Shown piece by piece: positions 30,005-40,572 of a stretch of DNA of 64,000 nucleotides. Source of the DNA: Nitrosopumilus sp. (lineage in GTDB: Archaea; Thermoproteota; Nitrososphaeria; Nitrososphaerales; Nitrosopumilaceae); contig OZ250186.1 in assembly GCA_965238275.1 (NCBI GenBank), positions 320,001-384,000 of the forward strand, written 5' to 3'. How positions within the stretch are numbered: position 1 is the first letter of the stretch; the number at the start of each line of letters is the position of its first letter. The notes beneath the pieces are model-generated. The model did no database searches and had not been told where the DNA came from. It was given only the letters and a program-made list of their open reading frames with translations. The position numbers were made by a program, and so were the translations under genes.

Positions 30005-33000
30005 GTAACTGTGTAGTTTTTTGATCAAATGGTAAATTCGTAAGTGATTCGCTTTTTGAAGTTCCGCTGGCTTTGCGCGCCTATACTCGCGCAGTCTCCC
30101 CATCCGAGAGCGCGGATCGTGCCGGATAAATGGTGACGCAGGCTCCGTTGTCAGCCGTCGCCGGACGCGGAACGCACCAGGTGGTCGAAGAACTTTTCCC
30201 CCCGGACGCGGTCAGTGGCCAGCAAGGTGAACAGCACGGAATTTGCGTCCATGCCCTTCCGGGACCGGTTGCCCCCGCCGTCATTCCTCACCGAGACAAA
30301 CCTTCGGTTGGCCCTCTCCACCGCGTTGTTGTCCGGACTGATGCCCGGGATCCGCAGGCAGGTTGTCATGTAGTACCCCTCGCGGTAGCGCCGCTTGCGG
30401 TATTTGGCGATGGTGCCGTACTTGTCGTCTTTGTACGGGGCGGCAAACAGCCCCGCTAGTTCCGAGTCTATGCAGTCAGCTGCCACTTCCCTGGAATGCG
30501 GGTCCTTGACGCGCCAGGCGCGGTAGATCTTTTTGTGCACGGCAGACAGCCCGGCTAGGAATTCGGCCACGTCCCCGCCTGGGTTCCACTCCAGATCCTT
30601 CTGCACCAGGCGCTCCTGGTGGACCACGCACATCTGGCGGGCCGACCCGACATGGAGCCACGCCGGGTACGAGTCCTGCGTGAGGGTTCCCCCGTAGCCG
30701 GGCAGCACGCCCTTGATGGTCTTTATCTTGCGGGAGTCCACGATCTCCACCAGGCACGATCTCTTGCCGAGTGCGACCACGCCGTAACCACGCCTGCCAC
30801 CTTCCAGTGGCCAGTGGAACTCGTCGGCCCCCAGGTGCGGCTCCTTTAGAATCTCTTCCCTCACGGCGTCGCGTTCCGGGGCCATCTGTCTGGCCCTGCT
30901 TATCTTGTTCCTGTATGCAGACGAGCAGGACACGGGCGTGCCAAGCGCGTCGCCTGCGAATTCGGCGGATCTTGCGTGGGACAGCCCGGACATGTTCAAA
31001 AAGTTGAGCACGGCGCCGATGTTGGCGCCGTAGCGGGCGTGCGGCGAGGTTTCGGGCGGCTTGGCAGAGACCTGTTTCTTGCAGTCCCTGCACCAGCGCC
31101 TGACTGTCACGTACTTTATGGTCTTTACAATCAGGTCCAGCCTCTTGACGATCCGGTCGTATTTGTCCGTGGGGTTCTCTGAAATGTTCTTCCCGCCGCA
31201 CCCGGGGCACCTGTCAAAGTCTACGATCTCCGTGCAGTCTGCCTTATCGGGCCTCTTGTTGATCGTGGCCTTTTGCCCCTTGGGCCTGCCTGCCTTGCCG
31301 GGATTGGCCTTCTTTTTGGAGGAAGGCATGCTTATCCCGTTTGCCCGGGCGCTGAGCCTGCGGTTTGCGTCAACGTGCCTCTTGTTGTCTCCTTCAAGTG
31401 ACTCCACCCTGGCCCGCAGGTTCTCTGTCTCCTTGCCGTCTGCCGTACCGGCAATCTTGCGCGCCATTTTCAGGATCCCGCCGGCGGCATCCACGACATC
31501 GCGCACCACGCCTGACCAGTACTGGCAGCACCCGCATCCGGACTCCATGCAGGTGCCGCAGTCCGGCGCGGAACGTCCCGGGATTGCCTTAAATCCCTCC
31601 GCTTCCAAGCATGTTTGGTGTGTCGGTTCCTTCATTTGTGATGATCTGAAGGGACTGGCACCCGCTAGTACTTGGATCTCTACAGACAATTATTTTTGAC
31701 AAGGCGTGAAAAATCTTCTGGTTCCGTCCCGACACGGTGACTACCGGCAGAGGAGTCAGGGTACTTCAAAAAGCGAATCACTTACGTAAATTCCATGTCT
31801 ACAAGAAACTATGTATTTTTTTGACATAGAACCAGACCCTCGCGCAGGACCGTGCAAAGATCATCGCCCCTTGCCTTGCATGTCTGTTTGATGCTCATCA
31901 GTATGGCAATAGCGTCTGCGCCATTCTTTGACCTGCTCCCGTTGCTGTTCTTGCGAAGGATGACGTACGGCCTGATGGCCCGCTCTGCCCGGTTGTTGTG
32001 GTATTCTACATCGTCTGTCTCCAGAAACGCAAACAGGTGATCCCTTTCCCGCACCAGCATCTTGCGCATCCTGTTGCAGTGCTTGCAGTCGCGGTCCTTC
32101 TCGAGCCTGCCTATCATGGACGCGATGCGACGGTCCAGCCTCTTCTTTGTGGCAAGCGCGTCTGCTCCTCCCGGAATGGCACCGTCGACGACGTGCGAGT
32201 CCCACAGTATGCTGCGCAGCGTCCTTGCGTGCCGCCGGTAGTCCTGGCCGGGATTTTTGTATTTCAGGGTGTCCTTGACGTCCCGGACGTAATGCAGGTG
32301 GCACTTTTGGTGCATGGCTCCTATGACGTTCCACGCTCCCCACGAGTCAGACGTCACGCATCCCGAATAGTCCTTGCCAAGCATCTTTTTTGGAACCTTC
32401 GAGTTCCTGCGGCGGTGTACCTCGTAGATTACGGCGTACTTTGTTACCACCGCCCACAGCCAGTAGTTGGTGCCGTTGACGCGCCAGACGGACTCGTCCC
32501 CGTTTATCGCAGGCGAGCGCCTTACCTCCTCCTTGATCTTCTCGTACAGCGGCCCAAGCTCCCGTGCCATCCTGCACACCATGCGGTTTATGGCAGATTC
32601 GGTGATCCTTGCAGAGTACGTTATCAGGACAATCTGGCATATCCTGAGGTCTGACATGCCGTGCAGCCTGAGGATGACCATCATTATCATAAAGTTGATC
32701 CCGTACCTGGAGTTTGGCAGTGCCAGCGGGGTCCTGCCAGACACGGTCTTCTTGCAGTTCCTGCAGCGCCTTCTCTTTACTGTCACCCTGATGTGCTCTA
32801 GTTCCGCCTTGGCAGCCTCCCTTACGACCTTTGTGTACGTGGATACGCACTCGGAGAGGTCGGAGCTGCCGCAGTTGTCGCACGTGTGGGGATCTGCCGT
32901 CTCCTCTGCGTCTATTCTTTCAGGACGCCTGAGGCCGGTACGTCTGTGGACGCTTGGCTTGCCCTTGGCCTTTGTGCGGCGTCTGGCACTGCCCGTTTTT

Positions 33001-33359
33001 TTGTCAGGTTTTGCGCCGATGCTCCTTGCAACGGCAGCCGATATGACGCCCTTTGCTTCCTGCAACTCTGTCGTGAGGTCCTGGATCTGTCGGAGGGCGG
33101 CAGTGTAAAGATCAGCGAGATTGGCCAGCTGTCGGTCTTTTTTGGCCAGCTGCCCTGCCATCATCTCCACTTTTTCCTCCAGTTCTGCAATCCTTGACTC
33201 GGAACTATCATCAGACATATGCAAACCGTGGTAACTGATGATCTAAAAATTGGAATGGAGAGAAAAACTCGATCAAGTGATTAAAAATAGTTTCAAAAAA
33301 ACTACACATACGTTTGTAGGCATGGAATTCAACGTTTGATCAAAAAACTACACAGTTAC
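30005..33359 (-). mobile_element. IS66-family element (transposase 31809-33224) hosting a nested IS
   Basis: TIR gtaactgtgtagttttttgatcaaa, 8-bp TSD gataagtt; close paralog of 28277-29764. Confidence 0.92.
30040..31785 (-). mobile_element. Nested IS66-family element (second type); transposase ORF 30151-31689
   Basis: TIR gtaagtgattcgctttttgaagt, 8-bp TSD gtaaattc; ADEFHW, QMCVVH, DNNAVERANR. Confidence 0.92.
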
Positions 33360-33394
33360 GATAAGTTAATTAATGTCTACTTGGGATATGTTCT

Positions 33395-34114
33395 GTGGCT
33401 GTTATTAAACAAACTATTAGTCTTCCATCATGCAAAATTAATAGAAAAACATTAAAAAAAATTTGTAAGTTTTTAGACGAACGACGTACTGAAATGAAAG
33501 ATGAAGAGCGTGAAGCAACACTTCGCATTACAATTAAAATGAAACGAAAAAAAATGGAATTTGATTCGTGTGAGGAATTTCTTCTACAAGAAGATATACG
33601 AAATGATCTGAAAAGCATGTCATTTGATTTAAAGAAATATTTCAACTATGATCATCATATTGAAATATATCTTGGTTTTGAAACATGGGATATTTCAGAA
33701 ATTGTGGTTTCTGGAAAAAATTCAGTATGGGTTAATGGCGTAGTCAAAGGATTAGAAGAGATTTTTAGTGAACAGTCAACAAAGCATAGTTTGGTACATG
33801 GAAAAAAAACTCTGATTCCAATAGTTATAGGGCTTGCTATAATATCAGCTTTTGCAGCTAGTATAGCATACTCGATTAATGATCCAGTTAGTATCTGGAG
33901 CAAGTTTCTAGACAACGATTCCAATTTACCATCAGGATTTATTGCTGGATTGAGTAGTATTGGAATATATTGGTTACTTCTGCAATGGTTATTTCCTGTT
34001 GTAGAATTCGAAGGTGTCGGCATACAACAAAGAATTAGAAAAGGAATTATCATAATAGCTGGAACGATCTTAGGTGGGCTAGTAACAACTATGATTTATA
34101 ATCAAATCCAGTAG
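33395..34114 (+). CDS. AT-rich hypothetical membrane protein (soluble N-terminus, ~3 C-terminal TM helices)
   Basis: Hydrophobic segments LIPIVIGLAIISAFAASIAY, FIAGLSSIGIYWLLLQWLF, IIIIAGTILGGLV. Confidence 0.75.
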   Translation: MAVIKQTISLPSCKINRKTLKKICKFLDERRTEMKDEEREATLRITIKMKRKKMEFDSCEEFLLQEDIRNDLKSMSFDLKKYFNYDHHIEIYLGFETWDISEIVVSGKNSVWVNGVVKGLEEIFSEQSTKHSLVHGKKTLIPIVIGLAIISAFAASIAYSINDPVSIWSKFLDNDSNLPSGFIAGLSSIGIYWLLLQWLFPVVEFEGVGIQQRIRKGIIIIAGTILGGLVTTMIYNQIQ

Positions 34115-34199
34115 CTACAGCAACCAAAAAATAAGACTATTATATATCAATGTCTCCTTTCCCAGCATGACATGCCGTTTGTTGAGTTGTTTATGAACT

Positions 34200-34500
34200 G
34201 GCATCCCAATCCAATTGAGACCACCGTCTGGATGCCGATCAGGACGGGCAAGAAAGTCTCGTCCATCTGACGACGTACGGCATCACGCACAGGAAGACCA
34301 GACCTGCCGCACATGTTTGCATTTTTGGAGCATCTTGGGATGGTGCCCACCAACAATGTATCGGAGCGGGCGTTGCGCTATGTCGTTGTATTGCGCAAAA
34401 TAATCGAGCAGATCAAGGAGCCTGATGCCATGAAGTGCCTGATGATGTGAAGGCGCGGAGGTTCCAGGATGATGCCCGGGTAAGGGAGCTGTCCGAACTG
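34200..34500 (+). pseudogene. IS66 transposase C-terminal remnant
   Basis: Hand translation PHMFAFLEHLGMVPTNNVSERALRYVVVLRKI; boundaries approximate. Confidence 0.7.
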
Positions 34501-34606
34501 CCACGAACGCTTTCGAAGTGCCTGTGAATGCTCCGGGATGCGCCCCTGTCTGTCTTGATACCATGGTAGCACCAAGACACGGCAGGAAGAAAAAACAGGA
34601 CAAATC

Positions 34607-34732
34607 CAAGGAGATTCAGTCTATAATGATGACTTTTTGGGTTCCGCCGTGCCTGCAACACCGTCTCGTGCCATTCCAGCGGCAATCCATCATCGGTTTG
34701 GATCGCCTGCCAGACAACAAATCAGACATTTT
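34607..34732. repeat. att-arm repeat copy
   Basis: caaggagattcagtctataatgatgactttt is identical to 51600-51630; continues gggttccgccgtgcctgcaa...tttggatcgcctgccagacaacaaa, similar to 7257-7339. Confidence 0.85.
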
Positions 34733-34822
34733 ACTATCCTGCATTTCCGCCGTGGACTACAGCACGTCCGACACGTGTATCCATACGACAGTATCTTACC
34801 ATCTGTCAATTTGTCATACATT

Positions 34823-35994
34823 AGACATAATCCGTAATTGGGTATAACCACACGATTGGACGCATTGCAGGACAAATCCGGTTGATTGCACGGAATTGCA
34901 TGTCAATTCGAACTTACCCGATGATCAAAACTATACGTCAGCCGTGTTTTATTCTGATTGCCCATGTCAAAGCATGTCATTATACGACAAATTAGCAAAA
35001 AAGCCCAAACTGTTCATCCGGTGCACTGGACTGACAGTCTCCGAATTTAATTTGGTGGCAGGGCGGCTGGCAAAAAAATACCCCAGGGCAGAGCAAAAGC
35101 GACTCTCCAAAAGAAGCAGGATGCGCGGCATTGGTGCCGGACGCAGGTGGAAACTGGATCTGAAAAACAGGTTTCTTCTGGTCCTGTTTTATTACAGGAC
35201 ATACGCCACACAGGATCTTCTTGCCATGGTGTTTCAGGTGGGCCAGGCTAGCGTGTCCCGCAGCATGGGGGCACTGGAGCCGTCGATCCGGCAGTGCGTT
35301 CCGCTTCCGTCAAAGATCTACGCCAGCATCAAGGCCACCAAGACGCTTGACGATCTTGAGGAGATCATTCCGGGCCTGACTGCCCTGATTGATGCCTCCG
35401 AGCAGCAGATACAACGTCCCGGGCGCAAGGACATGGAACGGTCCCACTACTCGGGCAAGGCACACAGGCACACGTCCAAGGTCCAGTACACATCGGCCAC
35501 GGACGGCCTCATCCTTCACAAGACCCGGCATTCCCCGGGCAGGATCCACGACTTTGCAGTATTCAAAAAGAAACACCCGACATTCCCTGACAACCTTCCA
35601 CGCAAGGACGGGAGCAAGGACAAGAAAAGGATCAAGGTCAGAGAGATCCTGGATGGCGGATACCAGGGGATCAACAAGGAGTTTCCTGACCGGGATGCCG
35701 TAGTGCCGTACAAGAAGCAAAAAGGTGCAGAATTGTCCCCCGAGCAGAAGGAATTCAACAAAAAACACTCAAAGGTACGGGTGTATGTGGAGCACGCCAT
35801 CCGCAGGGTCAAACGGTTTCGCATAATGGGCGGTGTCTACCGAAACCGCCTGAAAAAATATGACACCATCAATGACATCGTTTGCGGATTTGCCAACCTC
35901 AGGGTTCTCCTAGTCCGGGAAGCAATCGGGTAGGAGTCAAAAAACCTACACAATATAGGAAAATATGCATAATTTCTAATTACGGATTATGTCT
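34823..35994 (+). mobile_element. IS5/ISL2-like (DDE_Tnp_4) element, second type; transposase ~34973-35933
   Basis: 17-bp TIR agacataatccgtaatt, 3-bp TSD ATT; IDASE, YSGKAH, DGGYQG, RVYVEH. Confidence 0.92.
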
Positions 35995-36028
35995 ATTATA
36001 AAACTTGGAAAAACAGTGTCTCACAGAA

Positions 36029-36928
36029 ATGACGAAACATCGCGTAGCATGGACGGATGTGGACGTGACCTTCCTCACGGGAAACCATTCCAAAATGACC
36101 GATGCCGAACTGTCCCGGGCACTCAACAGGTCGATCCGCTCGGTATCCCACAAGCGACTGAGGCTCGGACTTGGCAGTGCCAAGCGTGCCGCCTCACCGA
36201 ATGCTTGGTCGGAGAAAGAAGATCAATTCCTCCTGCAAAACCGGCACATGGGGCCGGAGGACGTTGCAAAGACGATCGGAAGAACCAAAGCCGCCGTGGC
36301 GCACAGGAGGAAATCGCTTGGAATGTCAGTCCCAAAGTCGGAGACGGCTTGGAAGGACGATGAGATGCGGTTTTTGAAGGAAAACCCCGAAATACCGACC
36401 GCGACGCTGTCTGAACGACTCGGCAGGACACAAGTAGCGGTGCGGCAGATGAGGCGCAAATGCGGGCTGTGCCGGGAAAAACACCATCCTTGGAGCCAGG
36501 GAGAAGAAGATAATCTGAGAAAGAACATGTCGCTGCAACTAGGCGAACTTTGCAAGCTGTTTCCAAACCGAACACATGCTTCTGTAAACGCCAAGGCCAG
36601 AAAGATGGGCAGGTCGCGTTACAATCGCGTGGGTTACACGGTTACGCCGAACGGGTACATAGAAATCACGGTGAATGGCAGGCGCGTGCTTGAACACGTA
36701 TACGTGATGGAGCAGTACAAGCGCCGCATGCTGAAAAAAGGAGAGATTGTCCACCACATAGACTGCGACAGGAAAAACAACAACCTGAATAACCTCGATC
36801 TGCTACAATCCGACAGCCAGCACCAGGCCACCCACAACTCGTTCAGGAAGCTGCTTAAGCCACTGCTGGATTCCGGCCACGTCGTGTATGATTTTGAGAG
36901 ACACAGGTACGGGGTCGAAAGACTATGA
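36029..36928 (+). CDS. HNH endonuclease with 4 tandem Myb/SANT-like HTH repeats
   Basis: Repeats begin WTDVD, WSEKE, WKDDE, WSQGE; C-terminal EHVYVME...VHHIDCDRKNNNLNNL. Confidence 0.85.
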   Translation: MTKHRVAWTDVDVTFLTGNHSKMTDAELSRALNRSIRSVSHKRLRLGLGSAKRAASPNAWSEKEDQFLLQNRHMGPEDVAKTIGRTKAAVAHRRKSLGMSVPKSETAWKDDEMRFLKENPEIPTATLSERLGRTQVAVRQMRRKCGLCREKHHPWSQGEEDNLRKNMSLQLGELCKLFPNRTHASVNAKARKMGRSRYNRVGYTVTPNGYIEITVNGRRVLEHVYVMEQYKRRMLKKGEIVHHIDCDRKNNNLNNLDLLQSDSQHQATHNSFRKLLKPLLDSGHVVYDFERHRYGVERL

Positions 36929-38229
36929 GCGTAGGCAGGCAGTGGAGCGTGAAGGATCTCGGTTTTCTAAGAATGCACTCAGGCATGCCGCGCAAAGAGC
37001 TTGCCAGCAAACTCAGCCGTACTGAACAGGCCGTAAAGCAGAAACTGCATGAACTCGGACTTTCCGTTTCACATGCATGGAGTCAGGATGAAATAAGATT
37101 CCTTGAAGCGCATCCACGCATGACCGCCGGTGAAATATCAAGGCACATCGACAGATCCGTCCACTCCATATACAGAATGCGCAACGCCCACAACCTGCCG
37201 TCGTCGTACAGCTGGACTAGCGAGGAAGACGACTTTCTCAGGAATAACCTAGGTATGACGGCGGCCGATCTGGGAGAAAAACTAGGCCGGTCGAAAGACC
37301 AAGTGCACAAGAGAAAAAAGAAACTCGGCCTGCCGCCATCTGACATGGCAAAACACTGGACAGCAGAACAGATCAGGTACCTGCGGGAGCATCCGGACAT
37401 GCAGGTAGCCGAGATTGTGAAACAAATCCAAAAGACGGAACACGCGATAAATCACAAACGGAGGGAACTGGGACTGTCACGCAAGACGGTTCACAAAAGA
37501 TGGATCATGGAAGATGACAGATTCCTACGCGAGCACGACGGCGAAGCAGCCAAAGCACTGGCGGAAACAATGGACAGGACGCTGTTCTCCGTGCAGGTGA
37601 GGAGGCAACATCTCGGCCTGACCGTTCCGAAGTCGGAACTGACGTGGAAGGATCATGAGAAGGATACGCTTAGGAAGAACCCGAACGAGCCAGCTACATC
37701 TCTCGCGCAAAGAATCGATCGCAGTCCGGCGGCGGTGCGCAGGGCCCGAAGGCTTGAGGGACTACCGCCGCTCTTGATCCGCAACGAATGGACGGACGAG
37801 GAGATTTTGCTGTTGCTGGACAACCTAGGGATGAAGCGAGCTTACATATACGGAATTCTCCCACACCGCACGAAGGCTTCCGTAGATGGCATGTTGAAGG
37901 AACTCGGCAGGGAACGACAGAACAACAAGGGGTTCACGTACATGACAGGCTACAAGGCGGTATACGTGGACGGAGTACCAGTACCAGAACACCGTATCGT
38001 CATGGAAAAACAGATCGGCCGACACCTGAAACCAGGCGAAAAGGTACACCACATAAACGGCATCAGGAATGACAACAGGCACGAGAATCTGGACTTGTTC
38101 AAGAACCAGTCGGAGCACATGCGGGCAGAGGCGTCTATAAACAAATGCATCCCAAAACTGCTTCAATCCGGAGTCATCATGTACTCCCGCAAGACACACG
38201 AGTACCTCTTAGCAGACGGAACGGCATGA
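36925..38229 (+). CDS. HNH endonuclease with 7 tandem Myb/SANT-like HTH repeats
   Basis: Repeats begin WSVKD, WSQDE, WTSEE, WTAEQ, WIMED, WKDHE, WTDEE; C-terminal EHRIVME...VHHINGIRNDNRHENL; ATGA overlap with upstream paralog. Confidence 0.85.
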   Translation: MSVGRQWSVKDLGFLRMHSGMPRKELASKLSRTEQAVKQKLHELGLSVSHAWSQDEIRFLEAHPRMTAGEISRHIDRSVHSIYRMRNAHNLPSSYSWTSEEDDFLRNNLGMTAADLGEKLGRSKDQVHKRKKKLGLPPSDMAKHWTAEQIRYLREHPDMQVAEIVKQIQKTEHAINHKRRELGLSRKTVHKRWIMEDDRFLREHDGEAAKALAETMDRTLFSVQVRRQHLGLTVPKSELTWKDHEKDTLRKNPNEPATSLAQRIDRSPAAVRRARRLEGLPPLLIRNEWTDEEILLLLDNLGMKRAYIYGILPHRTKASVDGMLKELGRERQNNKGFTYMTGYKAVYVDGVPVPEHRIVMEKQIGRHLKPGEKVHHINGIRNDNRHENLDLFKNQSEHMRAEASINKCIPKLLQSGVIMYSRKTHEYLLADGTA

Positions 38230-38423
38230 TCCACGTGACCGTCACAAGGCTCTGGTAAATTTTGGTGATCTCTGTCGTTTGCTATTCAAAAGCGTGTTTT
38301 TGGATCTTCTCCAGATTCGATCCCGCTGCATTTCATCATAGTGTTCAAAAGTGTGGTGTTTGCAAGGCAGATTCCACATACAACACGCAGGGTCACAACT
38401 ACCACAGAACATGTGTCTTTATT

Positions 38424-38669
38424 TTAGCTGATGGTTTTTGGGCAGCCATTCCTGCTACAGGGAGTTTCTGGCAACTTGCGCTGTTCGCTTATAGCTTTGG
38501 CAAATATTCTAGCTTCATACTCTTCTACAAAATATCCCCAGCCGCCTTGTTCAGACGAATGTTGACCACCACCAATGTCAAGCTTGTGGCTCCCGATTTT
38601 GTGAATAGTGACGTGGGGGTTATGCCGGTTGTAATAAACTGCAAATTTTACTTCTTCATGTCGTCCCAT
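38424..38669 (-). CDS. Small hypothetical protein
   Basis: 81-aa ATG ORF with AT-rich upstream region; His and Cys residues. Confidence 0.5.
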   Translation of the reverse strand: MGRHEEVKFAVYYNRHNPHVTIHKIGSHKLDIGGGQHSSEQGGWGYFVEEYEARIFAKAISEQRKLPETPCSRNGCPKTIS

Positions 38670-38777
38670 GCGTTCGATTAGCCATTCAATAATAAAAATT
38701 TACATAACACTGCCTAAAACTGCATGTGTTTTAGAGAGACTTGGAGTACCATTTGACCCGTTCATAGTGAAAAATTG

Positions 38778-40547
38778 GTAATTGTTTCGCTTTTTGAAGT
38801 ACCCCGGATGGCCTAGCGGGCATCCATGGCGCCGGGAATAAATCTAATGATTTCGTGCTCGGGACGACAAAGCTAGACTGTCGTGATCTAAATGTGAGTG
38901 GGTGCTAGTTCCTTCGAGATAGCAAATGAAGAAACCAGCACACCAGACATGCTTGGAGGTGGAGGAATTTAAGGCAATACACGAGCCCTCCTTACACTTA
39001 CCACAAATCCTTCCTGATGCCGGGGCGTGCATGAAACCAGAATGCAGGTGTTGTCGGTTCTGGACAAGGGTGCTTGGCGATACGATCGGCTTGACAGGCA
39101 AGATCTTGGAGGCTGCTGCCGCCGAAGTTGCAGGCAGGCCAGGCGCCAACTGCAAGGAGATCGAGGACCTGCAGGCACTCGTCTCATCCCTCACAGAGGA
39201 CAACAAGAGGTACGCCAAGGCCAACAGGGAGCTTAACGCCAAGGCCAACAGGATCAACATCCCCACCGTGACCAAGAAAAAGGCAGGCCCAAGGAAGGCC
39301 GGCAGGCCCAAGGGGCAAAAACCCACCATCAACTGCAGGCCAAAACGCGTCGACCGCGTCGAGGAGATCGACTGCAAGGAATGTCCCGACTGTGGCAACG
39401 ACAATCTTTCGGACGTGACTGACAGGTACGATCGCATCGTGACTGTCATGCGCGTCATACTGGAAAACGTCAGGTACGTCATCAAGCGGCGCTGGTGCCG
39501 CGGGTGCAAAAAACAGGTCTCTGGAAGGGTTCCCGGCGCGGCAAAACACGCGCGCCGTTCATCAAACTTTGATGCGGCCATGACGTCCCTGAACATGAAC
39601 GGTTTGTCGCATGCCAGGGCCGCAGAATTTGGCAGTGACGCGTGGGGGCACAAAATCTCGCGCCCGTCTGCATACCGCGGCAAGATCAGGCAGGCAGAGC
39701 GCATGGCACCGGAGCGTGATTCTGTAAGAAAGCGCGTGTTAGAGGCGCCACACCTGAACGCAGACGAATTCCACTGGCCGTTGGGCGGCAAACGCGGCTA
39801 CGGGATAGTGGCCCTGGCAAAAGACGCCTGCCTCGTGGAGGTGACCGGCTCGCGGGGCATCAAGACGCTTTGCCACACACTCCCGGACTACAAGGGAACC
39901 ATAACGCAGGACTCGTATGCAGGATGGCTCCACGTGGGATCGTGCCGCCAGATGTGCGTGTGGCACCAGGAACGCCTGGTGCAAAAGGACGTCCTGACCA
40001 ACCCCAAAGGTGACGTTCCAAAGTTTCTGGACAGGCTGTCGGCAATCCACGATAAGATTTATCGCGCATCCAGAATCGAGGACGGGCACACGAGGATCGT
40101 CGCGGCCCACTGCATAGACGCGGAGCTGCGCGGGCTGATGAACGAACCGTTTGCAGACGATGGGCACGGCACCATCGCCAGACACAAGAAGAGGAACCCC
40201 CGGGAGGGATACTTTATGACCACCTGCCTGCACGTGGACGGCATCGAGCCGGACAACAACGCAGTGGAGAGGGTCAACCGGAGGTTCGTGGCCATAAGGA
40301 GCGACGGGGGCGGAAACCGCTCCCAGAAGGGCATGGATGCCAACTCGATCCTGTTCACGCTGCTGGCAACTGACAGGATCAACGCGAACAGTTTCTTTGA
40401 TCATCTGGTCCGCTCGTCCTCTGGAGACAGTTGAGGCATCATCTGACGGCACGTATGGTGCATCACGGGAAAAAAGATTCCACGGCAAGGGAAAGGCTGC
40501 ACCTGCTCCACTGTTAGGCAGGCCACTTCAAAAAGCGAAACTGTTAC
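38778..40547 (+). mobile_element. IS66-family element (second type); transposase 38926-40434
   Basis: Imperfect TIR gtaattgtttcgctttttgaagt, 8-bp TSD aaaaattg; paralog of 30151-31689. Confidence 0.92.
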
Positions 40548-40572
40548 AAAAATTGTTAGTTCAGATACTACC

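Noticed and set aside
36029-38229. Intron- or intein-encoded homing endonucleases or provirus genes
   Set aside because: No interrupted host gene and no viral structural or replication genes nearby
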